From: Tubulanus polymorphus
Lineage: Eukaryota; Animalia; Nemertea
DNA length: 64,000 bases
Direction of reading: 5' to 3'
NCBI RefSeq assembly: GCF_964204645.1
Contig: NC_134027.1
Coordinates: 18,686,560 to 18,750,559 of the forward strand
Shown here: positions 24,084-35,817 of the stretch, piece after piece
Numbering within the stretch: position 1 is the first letter of the stretch
How the letters are laid out: every line of letters starts with the position of its first letter
Position numbers and translations under genes: made by a program
Notes under the pieces: generated by a model
The model's input: only the letters and a program-made list of their open reading frames with translations
Databases searched by the model: none
Told to the model about the DNA's origin: nothing

Positions 24084-25829
24084 CTCGTTAATTACTCGTT
24101 ACTTTTTATGTTAAAAAATAAGAATTTAACGCACATAAATATAAATATTCACTGTTTTAAATATGAATTATCTCACTCGTTAATTACTCGTTACTTTTAT
24201 ACTGAAAATAAGAATTTAACACATATAAATATAAATATTCAATTATTTAAATATGAATTATTTCACTCACACTTTACTCACACTTTTTATGTTTAAAAAT
24301 CTAACTCATACAAATATTAATATTGAAATATGTTTAAAATATATCTAAATATCTATTTAAAAGAGCTCGTTAATTACTCGTTACTTTTTTACTCACACTT
24401 TAATAACACTTTTATATTGAATAATCTATCAATTTATATGTTATTCGCGGAGCGGAGCGGTAGCGAAGTGGAGCGACCAATTGATTTAATACAATATGCT
24501 TTTAAAATTATTGATATCTTAGAATAAATATTTAGTTTTAATATAAAATGCACACGGTTATGAAAATATATTATAGTTTTAAATTACTTTTAATGTTTTG
24601 TTTTTAATGAACTCGACCGTTCGACCTTTGGCTTGAAACAACATATTCCCTATTACTGTAGCGAGAGCAGGTAAGTCCAGAATAGGTCCGCTACAGGTGG
24701 GTACGCCTAGGTCGATTCTGCTCCAGGAGAGGACAGAATAAGGGGTCAATGATCGCCCTAGGAAAATCGTCGAAAAATACTATGTGATTTGCTAACTCGT
24801 GAGATTCGATTCGGTTCCCCGCCTAAACATAACTCTGACCAGTGCAGTCGGTCGAATTTGCTCAAGAACCACAGCCGGAAGTCTACCACTTTCGTTACGT
24901 CGGCCATTCGTAATCGCATCGACTCTGACCGTAAATTCGAGAGAAATAGGCGATCGGTTCCTTCGACTATAAAATTCAAGTGCAGTCTGAATTTTATTCC
25001 GGTTTCCATAAGCTCTTATACTGAATCCTACTGAATCTCGCGACAGTCATAGGCTAATAAGGCAATCGCATACTAGAATATCATGCTCGAATATATATAT
25101 ACTCCGAAAAATCGAACGCATAATCAAAAGAAGTAACAATTCATAGTTAAAAATGACATGTATGAATATCTATTGATTTATTCAGGTCGAGAGTCGTGGC
25201 GAAATGAACGGGCTATTTGGATTTGACTAGGCCTCGGACCTCCGAGCGATCTCGGGTCGAGAGGCGACAAGGGCAAATATCCGACTTCGAGAGAAACCCG
25301 CGTTGTTAAGACAACGCAGATAAACCGGGCCATGATTCGAGCGAATTCGCTCGAAGCTCAGGCGATGAGTCTTCGCGCGAGAAAAGGTATTGGGCTAATA
25401 ATCGAGGCGGGTCCACTCGAAGTCGAATAAACGTTATTTATACGGAATAAAAGGCTATGATGTTCTTCCATTGCAGTGATCCTTGGTCAGATTCTCCTTT
25501 GATTTCGGGCTCAGACGAAGTATTCGAGCGGGAGCGGGGGCCGGAGTTGCGCAAATATATATATATTCTTCTACTCAAGTTTCTCGTTTTGGCTGAATTT
25601 ATTGTGGGATTTCTCTCGTTATCATCATACACGGATATTGTGTATCTTCTCTTCTCACCTGCTAGGTCAGGTGGGATGATGAACACCTGACGATGATCTC
25701 TAGGGTGAGATCGAAACGTCGTGTCTTATATATATTTTAGATTGAATAAATAAATTCTTGTTTTTAAATTATTTTAATCTGTAAATAGTGGATTTTATCT
25801 TATTATTCGTTCACCACGTTTGAGTGTGG

Positions 25830-27928
25830 TTATCGTTCCCTCTGCGTCTATAAGGCTGATGTTTAGCAGTAATCCTGAAGCCATAAGTGTCGTTCTCTAC
25901 ATTCCAGTAGACACCCAATGCTCTTTCTGTTGGCAAACCAAAATCTAGACTCTTCAATTCTTTGCAAGATTTAGCAAGTTCTTCTTCAGGTAAACTTTCA
26001 ATTACAGAACAAAGCCCCTTTCTTTACACAGAGATATCAGCTTCATCACAAATTCTATATTTTTACCATCTTGTACACGAGACTTCAAACAGTCATCAAC
26101 ATAGAAGTTTTTCAAGACTGTATTAGTAACTTCTACTTCATACTTGTTAATGTTGTCAGTGGCTGTCCAGCGTAAAGCCCAGTTAGAACAACTCGGGGAT
26201 GAAATTGCCCCAAATAAGTGAACTAACGTACGGAAAGGTATGGCTTTCTTGTTCAAATCACCATCCGGCCACCATAAGAATCTCAAGCAGTCTTTTTCAT
26301 CCGGCGCAACCTTTACTCTATAAAACATAGATTCTATGTCTGCCACTATTGCTGTCCTTTCTTGTCTGAAGCGTATCAACACACCAACCAAAGAGTTAGT
26401 CAAATCAGGTCCTTGTAACAATTGAGAATTCAACAACACTCCACCATAAAGTGCAGGGCAACCGAAAACGACACGGTGATATACCCCGTGATGAGGTATA
26501 TACCATATACGACCATTTTCCAAGCGCAAATCTTCAGGAACCTGTTCCGCATTAGCCTTTAGCCAATATATTGTCTATAAAGGCATTGTAGTCATGTCGA
26601 AACTTGTCATTTTTCAACAGCTTATTTTTCAGATTTGACAGTCGTTTTTCAGCATGCCGAACATTATTGGGAAACTTCACATTCTTGTCCCGCCATGGCA
26701 TTGGTAATTGGTACTGACCATTCATTATTTTTACATTGGACTCCATCATCGTCATGAATTTACGATCTTCGACTGACCATTGTTTTTTATCTTCAGCAAT
26801 TCGCCCAGGAAAGTCAAAATCTATAGCTTCCTGTACCAATTGATCAAGAGAACTCAACAGTGTCGGTAACTATGTCATCATCTTAATCGCCAGATCTAAT
26901 CACATTCCCGGCGACCCTGCCTAGTCTGGTTCTGGAAGCATGCGGCGATCCAGCAGGGCCTGTCCGTGATTCGAATGGTGTGTATGCATCCGCAATATTA
27001 TTGCCAACCAATTTCTGCATCTATCTGAGGCAATTTAACATCACTCACGTGCGACCATTTACGGATGTCGTCTTCTGTTGGTACATGCAGTAGTGAAACT
27101 GGCATCTGCTCTGTAGTATAAACAGAAGGCATGAAAACTACGTCTTCAGTTTCCAAACCTCTGACTTCTAAACAATGAACAATCTGCGTATCAAGCATTG
27201 CAGACCTCACCATGGTGTCGAGATTCAATCTCACTTTCTTGCCAATACCACCGATCTGCTTCAACAGCGATGAAGTACAAAAAGAAATACTACTTCCAGG
27301 ATCAAGGAAGGCGAAAGTTATCACTTCTGGAATTCTTCCCTTCACTTTCACTCTAACTGGAAGTATAGCCATAGTACATAATCCATCTGTCTTCCTTTCA
27401 CCATCATTTATGACGCCACAGGGAATTCCATCTTTCACATCTGATATCGTGTTCTGATTCTGATCTCTTCGTGTCATAATTGTTGGGTTTTCAGGAAGTG
27501 ACCTAGAATCATCATGCAGTACACTCGGATGTAACTGTTTACATATATCGCAGTTCATCTTCAATCTACAAATTTCTATTCTGATGTCCAGACCAGAGAC
27601 AACCCCAACAGAGGCCTTTTCTTTTAAGAAAAGATATTTTTTCTTCAAAGGCAACATTAGACAGGTCTTTACAATTATTCAACACATGATCGCCAGTACA
27701 GTATACACATGGTTTCTTCAATGCGAGATTAGAGTTTTGTTGATTCGTAACAGAAATGCTCCCCGTCTGAGCAGCAACAGTATTTCGGCTACCTTGCGAT
27801 ATTCGCAGAGACTTTTTGTCTTTTTTCTGATCTAAAGCAGCAGCCATCATATCTTTGCCAAAAATGGGGTCGTTCACCTTTTTTGACTCCTTCCGTACAA
27901 AACTCACCAAGGTGTTCACATTTATAGC
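25830..27928 (-). mobile_element. BEL/Pao LTR retrotransposon remnant (gag zinc knuckles, protease, RT), frameshifted
   Basis: CVYCTGDHVLNNC, CWGC...H and CDICKQLHPSVLH knuckles; AFLDPGSSISF protease; WYIPHHGV, LLQGPDL, ADIESMF and FYVDD RT motifs. No LTRs or integrase seen. Confidence 0.92.
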
Positions 27929-27929
27929 A

Positions 27930-30680
27930 ACTCGCCACCGCGCAATTCATTTTTGTGTCTATGTCCACATGATGTGGAGCAGCATCCTTCATAAGTGGTA
28001 AGAGGACTAATCGACTGACTTCACGCGTGCTACAAAATAAAATGTAAATACACTGTATATAATTATGAGAATGAGATCATGGTGCAAGCCAAGTCACAAA
28101 GTATACTATGTATGTGTATATGGATTATTACAGGATGAAACCTTAATACAAAAATGATTGAAGTAAATTACCCATGAGAATTGAATCCTCGAAGTAACGA
28201 CTTCGTTGTTACGATTGGACTCGTGTTTGCTTCTAAACTCCTGATCTTGTTCATTACTGAACAGTTTTCATATGTCTAAAATAGAAAATTAAAAATAAAA
28301 CAAAACTCTACATACTAATGAGAAGTGTCGAATCAGATTTCAAAGAATGTGTCACTATCAATTATAATAATACATTTTCTTGACATGCTACGTAAGTCAT
28401 GAAAGTGTACCGGTGTAGTCATACCTTAGTAATGATCATTTTAAGAGCATCGGTTGTGTCAGGATCATTGAACACAAAAAACAAACAGTGATGTAACAGT
28501 TCGGCCATCTTCAGCCAAAACACACGATCGGTGCAGTCCAAAGAAACTCGCACACATTTTGGCTAGGGACGATTTATTTGCATTGGGCTGACCAATCAAG
28601 GTGCAGATTGGCACGTGCCTAAATAGCGACTTTATTTCTTGAAAATGGAGGACCATTATAGCTACTCCTGAAAAATCACTTATCATTATAATAACTGACT
28701 ACATTTTATCAAACATCCATACCAACAATGTCCATGGAAAACCTCAATACGTACCTCCGAGAATCACAGCAGTTAGATAGGACTCGTTATATACTGTTTT
28801 TCTCAAGGAGGCAAACAATTCTTCAATTCCTTCACCATAATCTTGTTCCATCACATTTGTTGGAATGGGAATGTCTTTAGCGAATAATTTCGGAATTAAG
28901 ATTTCCTCCCATTCTTCTGGTGGAACCATATTTCCTCCTTCATCGTATTGTGTCGTTTCGTTCAACACGAATTTACCAGAAGGCTGCCACCCATTATGAC
29001 TTACCGCCTTCAAGCGTGGTTTTGAGTACCTAGAGAAAACAGATTATTATTATCATTACAACTCCTATATAATACTTTCTGAGTTCGGTTGGTGTCATTT
29101 GCACAAGCACTCCAACAATTTCTTCCGAACTTTCCACAAGTGCATTTTCTAATGTCGTTGGATGCATTGCACATTTTTCTAAGATGAATGATTGACCGCA
29201 AAATTCAGAAAAACAGGCACTGCTCACAATTGGCATGCAAAATCAAAATTAAAATAAATTAGAATTAAAAGAATTAATTAACCTATATTATTTTTAATAT
29301 ATATTTTTAAATTCGAACTGTTATATTTTTGAACTGTGAACTTTTTTAAAACTTGTGCGACATTTCACTGTGCAAGGCAATAACTTGTAAATCATTTATG
29401 AAATTTTTATTTGAAATATTTCAAATTCAAGCTAATGTTATATATTTTAACCTTCAACTTGCGATACATATTTGAGCTTTTTGATAACTTTTAGTACTAA
29501 TATATTTGAACCTCTTAACTTGTATTACATATTTGAGCTGTGCGATAACTTTTAGTACTAATAGTATACGGGATTTTTACCAAGGGGATTTTTACAGCTA
29601 ATCGAAGAAAATTGACAAAAAACTGCTCACACTTTCAAATCATGTTCATAGGGCGAGTGGTATCTAACTATCATGCCTGATCCATCCTTTGACGTGATTA
29701 TTCGAACAATTTCTAACTTAAAATTGAATCCTTCAACCCACTGGTTTTTATTTTCGTTTCTCCGTGTAATTGTCCCGTATTCTAAACATATCCATCTTTC
29801 TAGAAATCATATGAAATACAATATTGATGTTTAATATATAGCATAAATATTTAGATGATATGCTATATATCATTTGCCATGTAACTGCAATTATATTCTA
29901 TATTCAATTATATATAATAATATACATGATTATCTCAATGTACCAAGTAAAACAGTTAGAGCGTTCAGGATAATCTAAATGTACAATCTAAATTCTTAAA
30001 AATCCTTCTGTATAATCAACGATCGGCTAATAAGTGTGTCTATTCGAAGTGATGATGATCGGTTTGCAATTCTCTGTCTACTGAAAGTTTTCAATAATGG
30101 CCCCTCTTTATACAGTAAGTCCTTGAATATTATTGGTTCGAAGAAATGTAATATATCATTGGTCAGCTCATTAATTAATCCAAATATTTGTGTATTAATT
30201 GGACAAGTGGGGCCTCAATGACACATCTTTTAGACATAATTAACTAGTCTTTTAAATTAGATTAGGCATAAATCAATGCCAATTAATCTAATGTAATGAG
30301 AGACACCCTCACTCTTATTTCAGGATTAACGAATTTATGCCATCTGGCAAAATTTCAAATTTGCAAGAGGTGCCAGTTGATTTAAAATTAAGTAGTAGGT
30401 ATTTGTAATACATAGATCAATATCTGGAGTAATTTGACATCATCTATTAGTTGTTTGTCTGATATGTTATTTGTATTTTCAGTTAAGGGAAGTTGAATAA
30501 AGAATTCCTGTTAAATCCGTAGTTACTTTATGTTATCACAAGGGCTCTGTCCCTGACAACATCATACCTGAATATTTCAGAAATTCTCTTAATTTAGTAG
30601 GGACAGCAGAGTCCTCAGCTACACGGCAATGGTAGTTACAAAATGCTTGACCAGGCATCGACTGTTGTGGGCAAAATAAC
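27930..30680 (-). pseudogene. Inverted partial copy of a spliced transposon-like gene set (CxC-like exon plus P-loop ATPase exons)
   Basis: 27930-28512 is the reverse complement of 33852-34419. Also contains FCPQQSMPGQAFCNYH (~30630-30677) and the degenerate Walker A LIGQPNANKSSLAK (~28560-28600). Confidence 0.6.
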
Positions 30681-31439
30681 CACAGCCTATTCTTTCCTGC
30701 TAGAATATTAGAAGTGTAAGCGACACACTTCTATGAATAAAACGATAAAAAAATCCTTCACTGAGAACCTTAGTGTCAATGGTCGTACATATCACTATCG
30801 CGACCCCTGATGGTTCACGCGAGCTCTTAAGTACTACGCAGAGTATGTAGTATGTGTCAAAAATACTCTTAAGTATGTAGAGTTTTGCTTTATTTTTAAT
30901 TTTCTATTTTAGACATATGAAAACTGTTCAGTTATGAGTATACACGCAGTATACGACGGAGCTCCGCGAACATTGTCATTTGTCATTATAATTTACTATT
31001 TTCCTATAATTTACGATTCCTCACCCGAGTCAAGCATGAACTACAGCGCCAATGTCTGCCAAACTGCCGCAATGATAATAGAGATGGACTATTTACACGA
31101 AACAAGCTCTTTTAAAGATTTTTCGGATGGTTTTAGAGGGGGTACCCTATTATTCACCCTAGATCCGCCCCTGCTTTTAAAGTCTTTATTTTTGACTGAC
31201 ATTGTTCTTTTGGGATATTTTACTTAATGTTTTGAACACATACCTTCAATGTGTCTTATTACTAATACGACCAGTGAAACTGTGCAGTCCAGATAAATCA
31301 TTGTATCCATTTTACAATGTATTGAAGAAATTCTAACAATATGTTCCATGCCTACGAACCATATCATGATTTTTGATGATCATATAGGCATGGAAACATA
31401 TTGTTGGAATTGATTTAGTTCATAAAATGGAGTCTCTTT

Positions 31440-31885
31440 CAGGGGCGGATACATCAATTTGAAAAAGGGGGATCTGGGGGTACCCCCCAGAAAATTTTGG
31501 AAAAATAGATGCAATGAAGTGCATTGTGAGCGTTCTTTTTCGATATGATAGAAAAGAAAATATGTTCAATTTTTTTCAATAAAACTTTGGAAAAATAGAT
31601 GCAATGAACTGCATTGTGAGCGTTCTTTTTCGATATGACAGAAAAGAAAATATGTTCAATTTTTTCAATAAGATTAGCAATCAACGAAATAATTCTAATT
31701 TTAACTTTATTTTATCTCACATTTTTACAATATATCTTATGTTCAACGCATAGATTACGAAGGACTGTCACCAAGAGGACTTTTTAACAACATTCAGTAT
31801 ATATAGTGGCTTGAAAAAATTCTTTGCTCGGCAAAAAATAGGGGGGGGGGCGCACCGCGTACGCCCCCGTCTGGATCTGCCCCTG
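31440..31885. mobile_element. hAT-like MITE with an internal 2 x ~90-bp tandem repeat
   Basis: Ends CAGGGGCGGAT and ATCTGCCCCTG; no clean TSD. Confidence 0.55.
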
Positions 31886-32197
31886 TCTTTTCTCTGATTC
31901 AAATGAGCTAAACAGTGTAAAGTTGATATAAAAACAATGATTTATTTGGACTGCATAAAAAAAAGATAACTAAAACGATCCTAGGGGTACCCCCATGCAA
32001 TCTGCATATAAAAGGTATAGTCAGTAAGTAACCTGTCTGGTTTAGTTTCACCCCCCCCCCCCCCCACACAAATTTGAGATACAGGAAAAAAATTTGTGAT
32101 ACTAAGTGTTGTGATATCAGTATCTCAATGAGACACCTGTTGGATAAATTATATTTGTTTAAATTTTGAATGATTTTATTTTTTACTAATCTCATTA

Positions 32198-35100
32198 GAG
32201 AGTTGAAATTGTTGGAAGCAATGACAATAGAGCACGCTGTGTTAAAATGTGGCTACCAAACTGTGATACAGGATTTAAAGATATTGCACAGCATTCCATC
32301 GGCTCTCCCTCAATCAATCACAAAATCGTTGCTGGAAAACATTTATGATGAGAACCTTGTAGTGCCTATAAAGGTATTAGAGCAATTCCCACGAGAGTGT
32401 GAATCATCACATTCCCTAAACGTACTTGGACCACCATCAGGTAAACATTGCACCATTAGTTTGATATATTGGTTTCACTGTCAGTATATGTCACAAAATG
32501 GCAATAATATTCTTTTATGATTTTAGGACAATGTTTCATATGTAATAGATCCTTGCATATTCACAACAAGCCGATAAGTGTGAAGTATGTGACCTTCAAA
32601 GGTGAAATTCAATGGAAGTTTAAGGTATGCCAAATTCTATTTAGAATTCATGTGACTGTGCCCTGTCATGATAGCATGACTCTTGCTATGTATGCAAGTT
32701 TTACCTTTCAGATCGATCTACGTTGTAAATCACGTGGAATCAACAATTTATTTGACAAATATGGTAATATGAGAACTGGCTATAGATTTTATAAAAAAGC
32801 AAGAGATGTCATTGTAGCGTCGGATAAGATCATACTCGACAGAGCAGTGTTCAACATGCAGTGGGCATTTGCGTAAGTATTACAGTATCAGTACATATTT
32901 TAGATGATTATTGGCAATATTTGTAATCTTAATGTTGAGTATTTCACTACTGCATGATTACAAATTTATTCTTATGTAAAGCGCAGAGATTACTGTTTAG
33001 ACATTGTGCTATATCAAGAAAATAGATAATTATTATCATGAACTGGTGGACTTGTGCAAAATATTTATAAACCATACTTTTCTTCCTTCTAGACAACATT
33101 CTTGGGTTTCATTCCAAGGTTTTGCAGAAAGTTGGAATGATGCATGGGATTTATCAAAGAATGACGGTAAATATTTGCTCTCTCATTCTTTTGTGTGTAT
33201 TTTTTGGCCTGGTCTGAAATGCTTGCATGCCTACTGAGCCATAGTAAGCCTAAGTGTTATTATGATTTTTTTTTCCAGAAATAGATAGAAGAACATGGGC
33301 TGACTGTTTTGGTGGGGAGAACTAGGATCTGAACTTCGAGACTCTGGCGACTTAAGTTTTAGTTTTTGCCATGATTCTGATCGAGAAGGCGAGAAGGTTG
33401 TATGATCAAGATTGAGGAAAAACGTCAAACAGCCCATTAGCCACATTCTAAAATTGATTATAATGCTGATTGTAAAGCTCGAGGTAAGCCTTGTTAATTC
33501 AGATTCACAAGCCACAGTATGTCACATTGTTTATATCTATGTCACTTTGGCCAAATTGGCTGTTTCATTTATAGGTTGTGGAAGATTATGGATAACCGAT
33601 GGTATTTGGAAGATCCAATTCACTCATTGCATGTTCTATGTTGAGGTAATGTATCCATAATACTATTTGTAAATACTAGTAAGCATTGTAAAATGAAGAC
33701 AAATCTGCACCACCATGAACGCTGTGGTACATTTATACCGATAAAAATGTACTGGTTGGATTCTTACAGAATGAAATTGAGGGTATACCTGTATTGAACT
33801 ACCCAAATGTTTGTCCACAACAGTTTGTGTTTTGGCTGATGTTTCGCCTGCGAAGATGGCCGAACTGTTACATCACTGTTTGTTTTTTTTGTGTTCAATG
33901 ATCCTGACACAACCGATGTTCTTAAAATGATCATTACTAAGGTACGTATGACTACACCGGTACACTTTCGTGACTTACGTAGCATGACCAGAAATGTATT
34001 ATTATAATTAATAGTGACACATTCTTTGAAATCTGATTCGATACTTCTCATTAGTATGTAGAGTTTTGTTTTATTCTTAATTTTCTATTTTAGACATATG
34101 AAGACTGTTCAGTAATGAACAAGATCAGGAGTTTAGAAGCGAATTCGTTCGTACTTCGAGGATTCAATTCTCATGGGAAAATTTACTTCAATCATTTTTG
34201 TATTAAGGTTTCATTCTGTAATAATCCATATACATATACATAGTATACTTTGTGACTTGGCTTGCACTATGATCTCATTCTCATAATTATGTACAGTGTA
34301 TTTACATTTTATTTTGTAGCACGCGTGAAGTCAGTCGATTAGTCCTCTTACCACTTATGAAGGATGCTGCTCCACATCATGTGGACATAGACACAAAAAT
34401 GAATTGCGCGGTGGCGAGTATTGGTATTCTGATCAGGTCAAAACCTAATAATCATGACAAGGAACGAGTTACACAGCTCACGGATACCATCATGCAGTTG
34501 ATAGGGGACAGGGAGAATGAGGGGTGAGACGAGTTGCATCTAATTTATGCACTCATATTGACTTTAGCCATGAAGGTATAGATCGTTTTCAAGAATATTT
34601 TCAAAAACATTTTGCTGAGAGCAGTAATTTAATATTGAAAATGGTTTGAATGGATATTGTCTTTTCAGTTCAGTGGAATGTTTGATGTACATGTGGCCGA
34701 AGATGACCTGATGACATACTTCAAAGAGTCAATAATACCAAATGGTATTCTATCATCAGCTTAAGAGGGAGGAATGCCATGACAGCATCCTGCTGGAAGT
34801 GATTGAAATCGCCGTAGATACCCTGCCATCAGGATAAGGTATCTAACAATTGAAATATTTACAAGATAATCGAGGTGATCTCTGATTACATAGCATGAAT
34901 ACATGTACAAAATACTTGTGTCTCTTTTAGTTTCAGCCAGTTGTCAAAGTTGTTTCTCACCACTTTGGCAAGAAAGCTTCAATCGAGCCATCACCGGCAG
35001 TGCGAATTGCGGAACTGTTTAAAGTTATGCGAGATAGACAATCTTTTTTTCCTTAATCTGAAATTTCATTAAATATCATTTTTATTTACACAACACAATA

Positions 35101-35200
35101 GAAATAGGTGTCGCAGCAGATGTGACATTGGCTGAATCGCCTGTCCCCGAGTTTGGAGTAGATCGTAGATTAGGTTCGTACATGGATATTTGGTCAAAAA
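32198..35200 (+). pseudogene. Degraded multi-exon gene(s) of a large DNA element (CxC/KDZ-like then P-loop-associated exons), interrupted by the Polinton
   Basis: Short AG/GT-bounded exons such as GCGRLWITDGIWKIQFTHCMFYVE and NEIEGIPVLNYPNVCPQQ resemble the DG..K..C / CP...FC..H region of KDZ-type transposases. Family assignment is from memory, not a search. Confidence 0.5.
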
Positions 35201-35239
35201 ATGTCATTTTTTCCCTAATCTGAAATTCCATTAAATATC

Positions 35240-35560
35240 AGTAATAGGGGTAATGGGCTTTCAGATCAAAGATCGAAAGGTCGAACTCATAAAAATTGAA
35301 AAAATATGAAAATAACAATAATTTCTATTTGAATTAGTAGCGAAACTCATAAAAAATGAAAAATAATTCTCGCACGCTCGAATTTATTTTTTCATTTTTT
35401 ATGAGTTTCACTCCTAATTCAAATAGAAATTATTATTATTTTCATATTTTTTCATTTTTTACTCACTCGCCCTTTCAACCTTTAACCTGAAAGCCCATTA
35501 CCCCTATTACTCTTAAAATATTTATATACATGAATAAAATATATATGAATAACATATAAA
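35240..35560 (+). repeat. Left TIR (35240-35511 is itself a hairpin)
   Basis: Reverse complement of ~51813-52123. Begins AGTAATAGGGGTAATGGGCTTTCAG and contains CTGAAAGCCCATTACCCCTATTACT ending at 35511. Confidence 0.95.
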
Positions 35561-35817
35561 TTGATAGATTATTCAATATAAAAGCGCTAGTAAAAAAGTA
35601 ACGAGTAATTAACGAGCTCTTATAGAATAGATATATAGATATATTTTAAACATTATTTCAATATTTATATTTGTATGAGTTAGATTTTTAAACATTAAAA
35701 GTGTTAGTAAAGTGTGATTGAAATAATTCATATATATACATGAATAACATATAAATGAATAAAATATAAATGAATAAAATGTGTCAAATCAATTTTTAAA
35801 AAAAATTTAGTATTAAA

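Larger units (their letters stand above)
17317..24657. mobile_element. Non-autonomous Polinton-related element with inverted arms and two 24-bp arrays
   Basis: Left end AGTAATTGGGAAAGTGGGCTTTCAGATCAGAGGTCGAAGGTCGA and right end TCGACCGTTCGACCTTTG...TTCCCTATTACT both resemble the Polinton terminus at 35240/52123. Flanking hexamers are ACAGCG/GTAGCG (4/6). Sharp shift to very AT-rich DNA. 24240-24445 aligns with Polinton 35550-35735. Confidence 0.8.

Noticed and set aside
31335-31406. Small hairpins at 31335-31406 and 16289-16341
   Set aside because: Isolated and consistent with MITE remnants; no evidence for an RNA gene.
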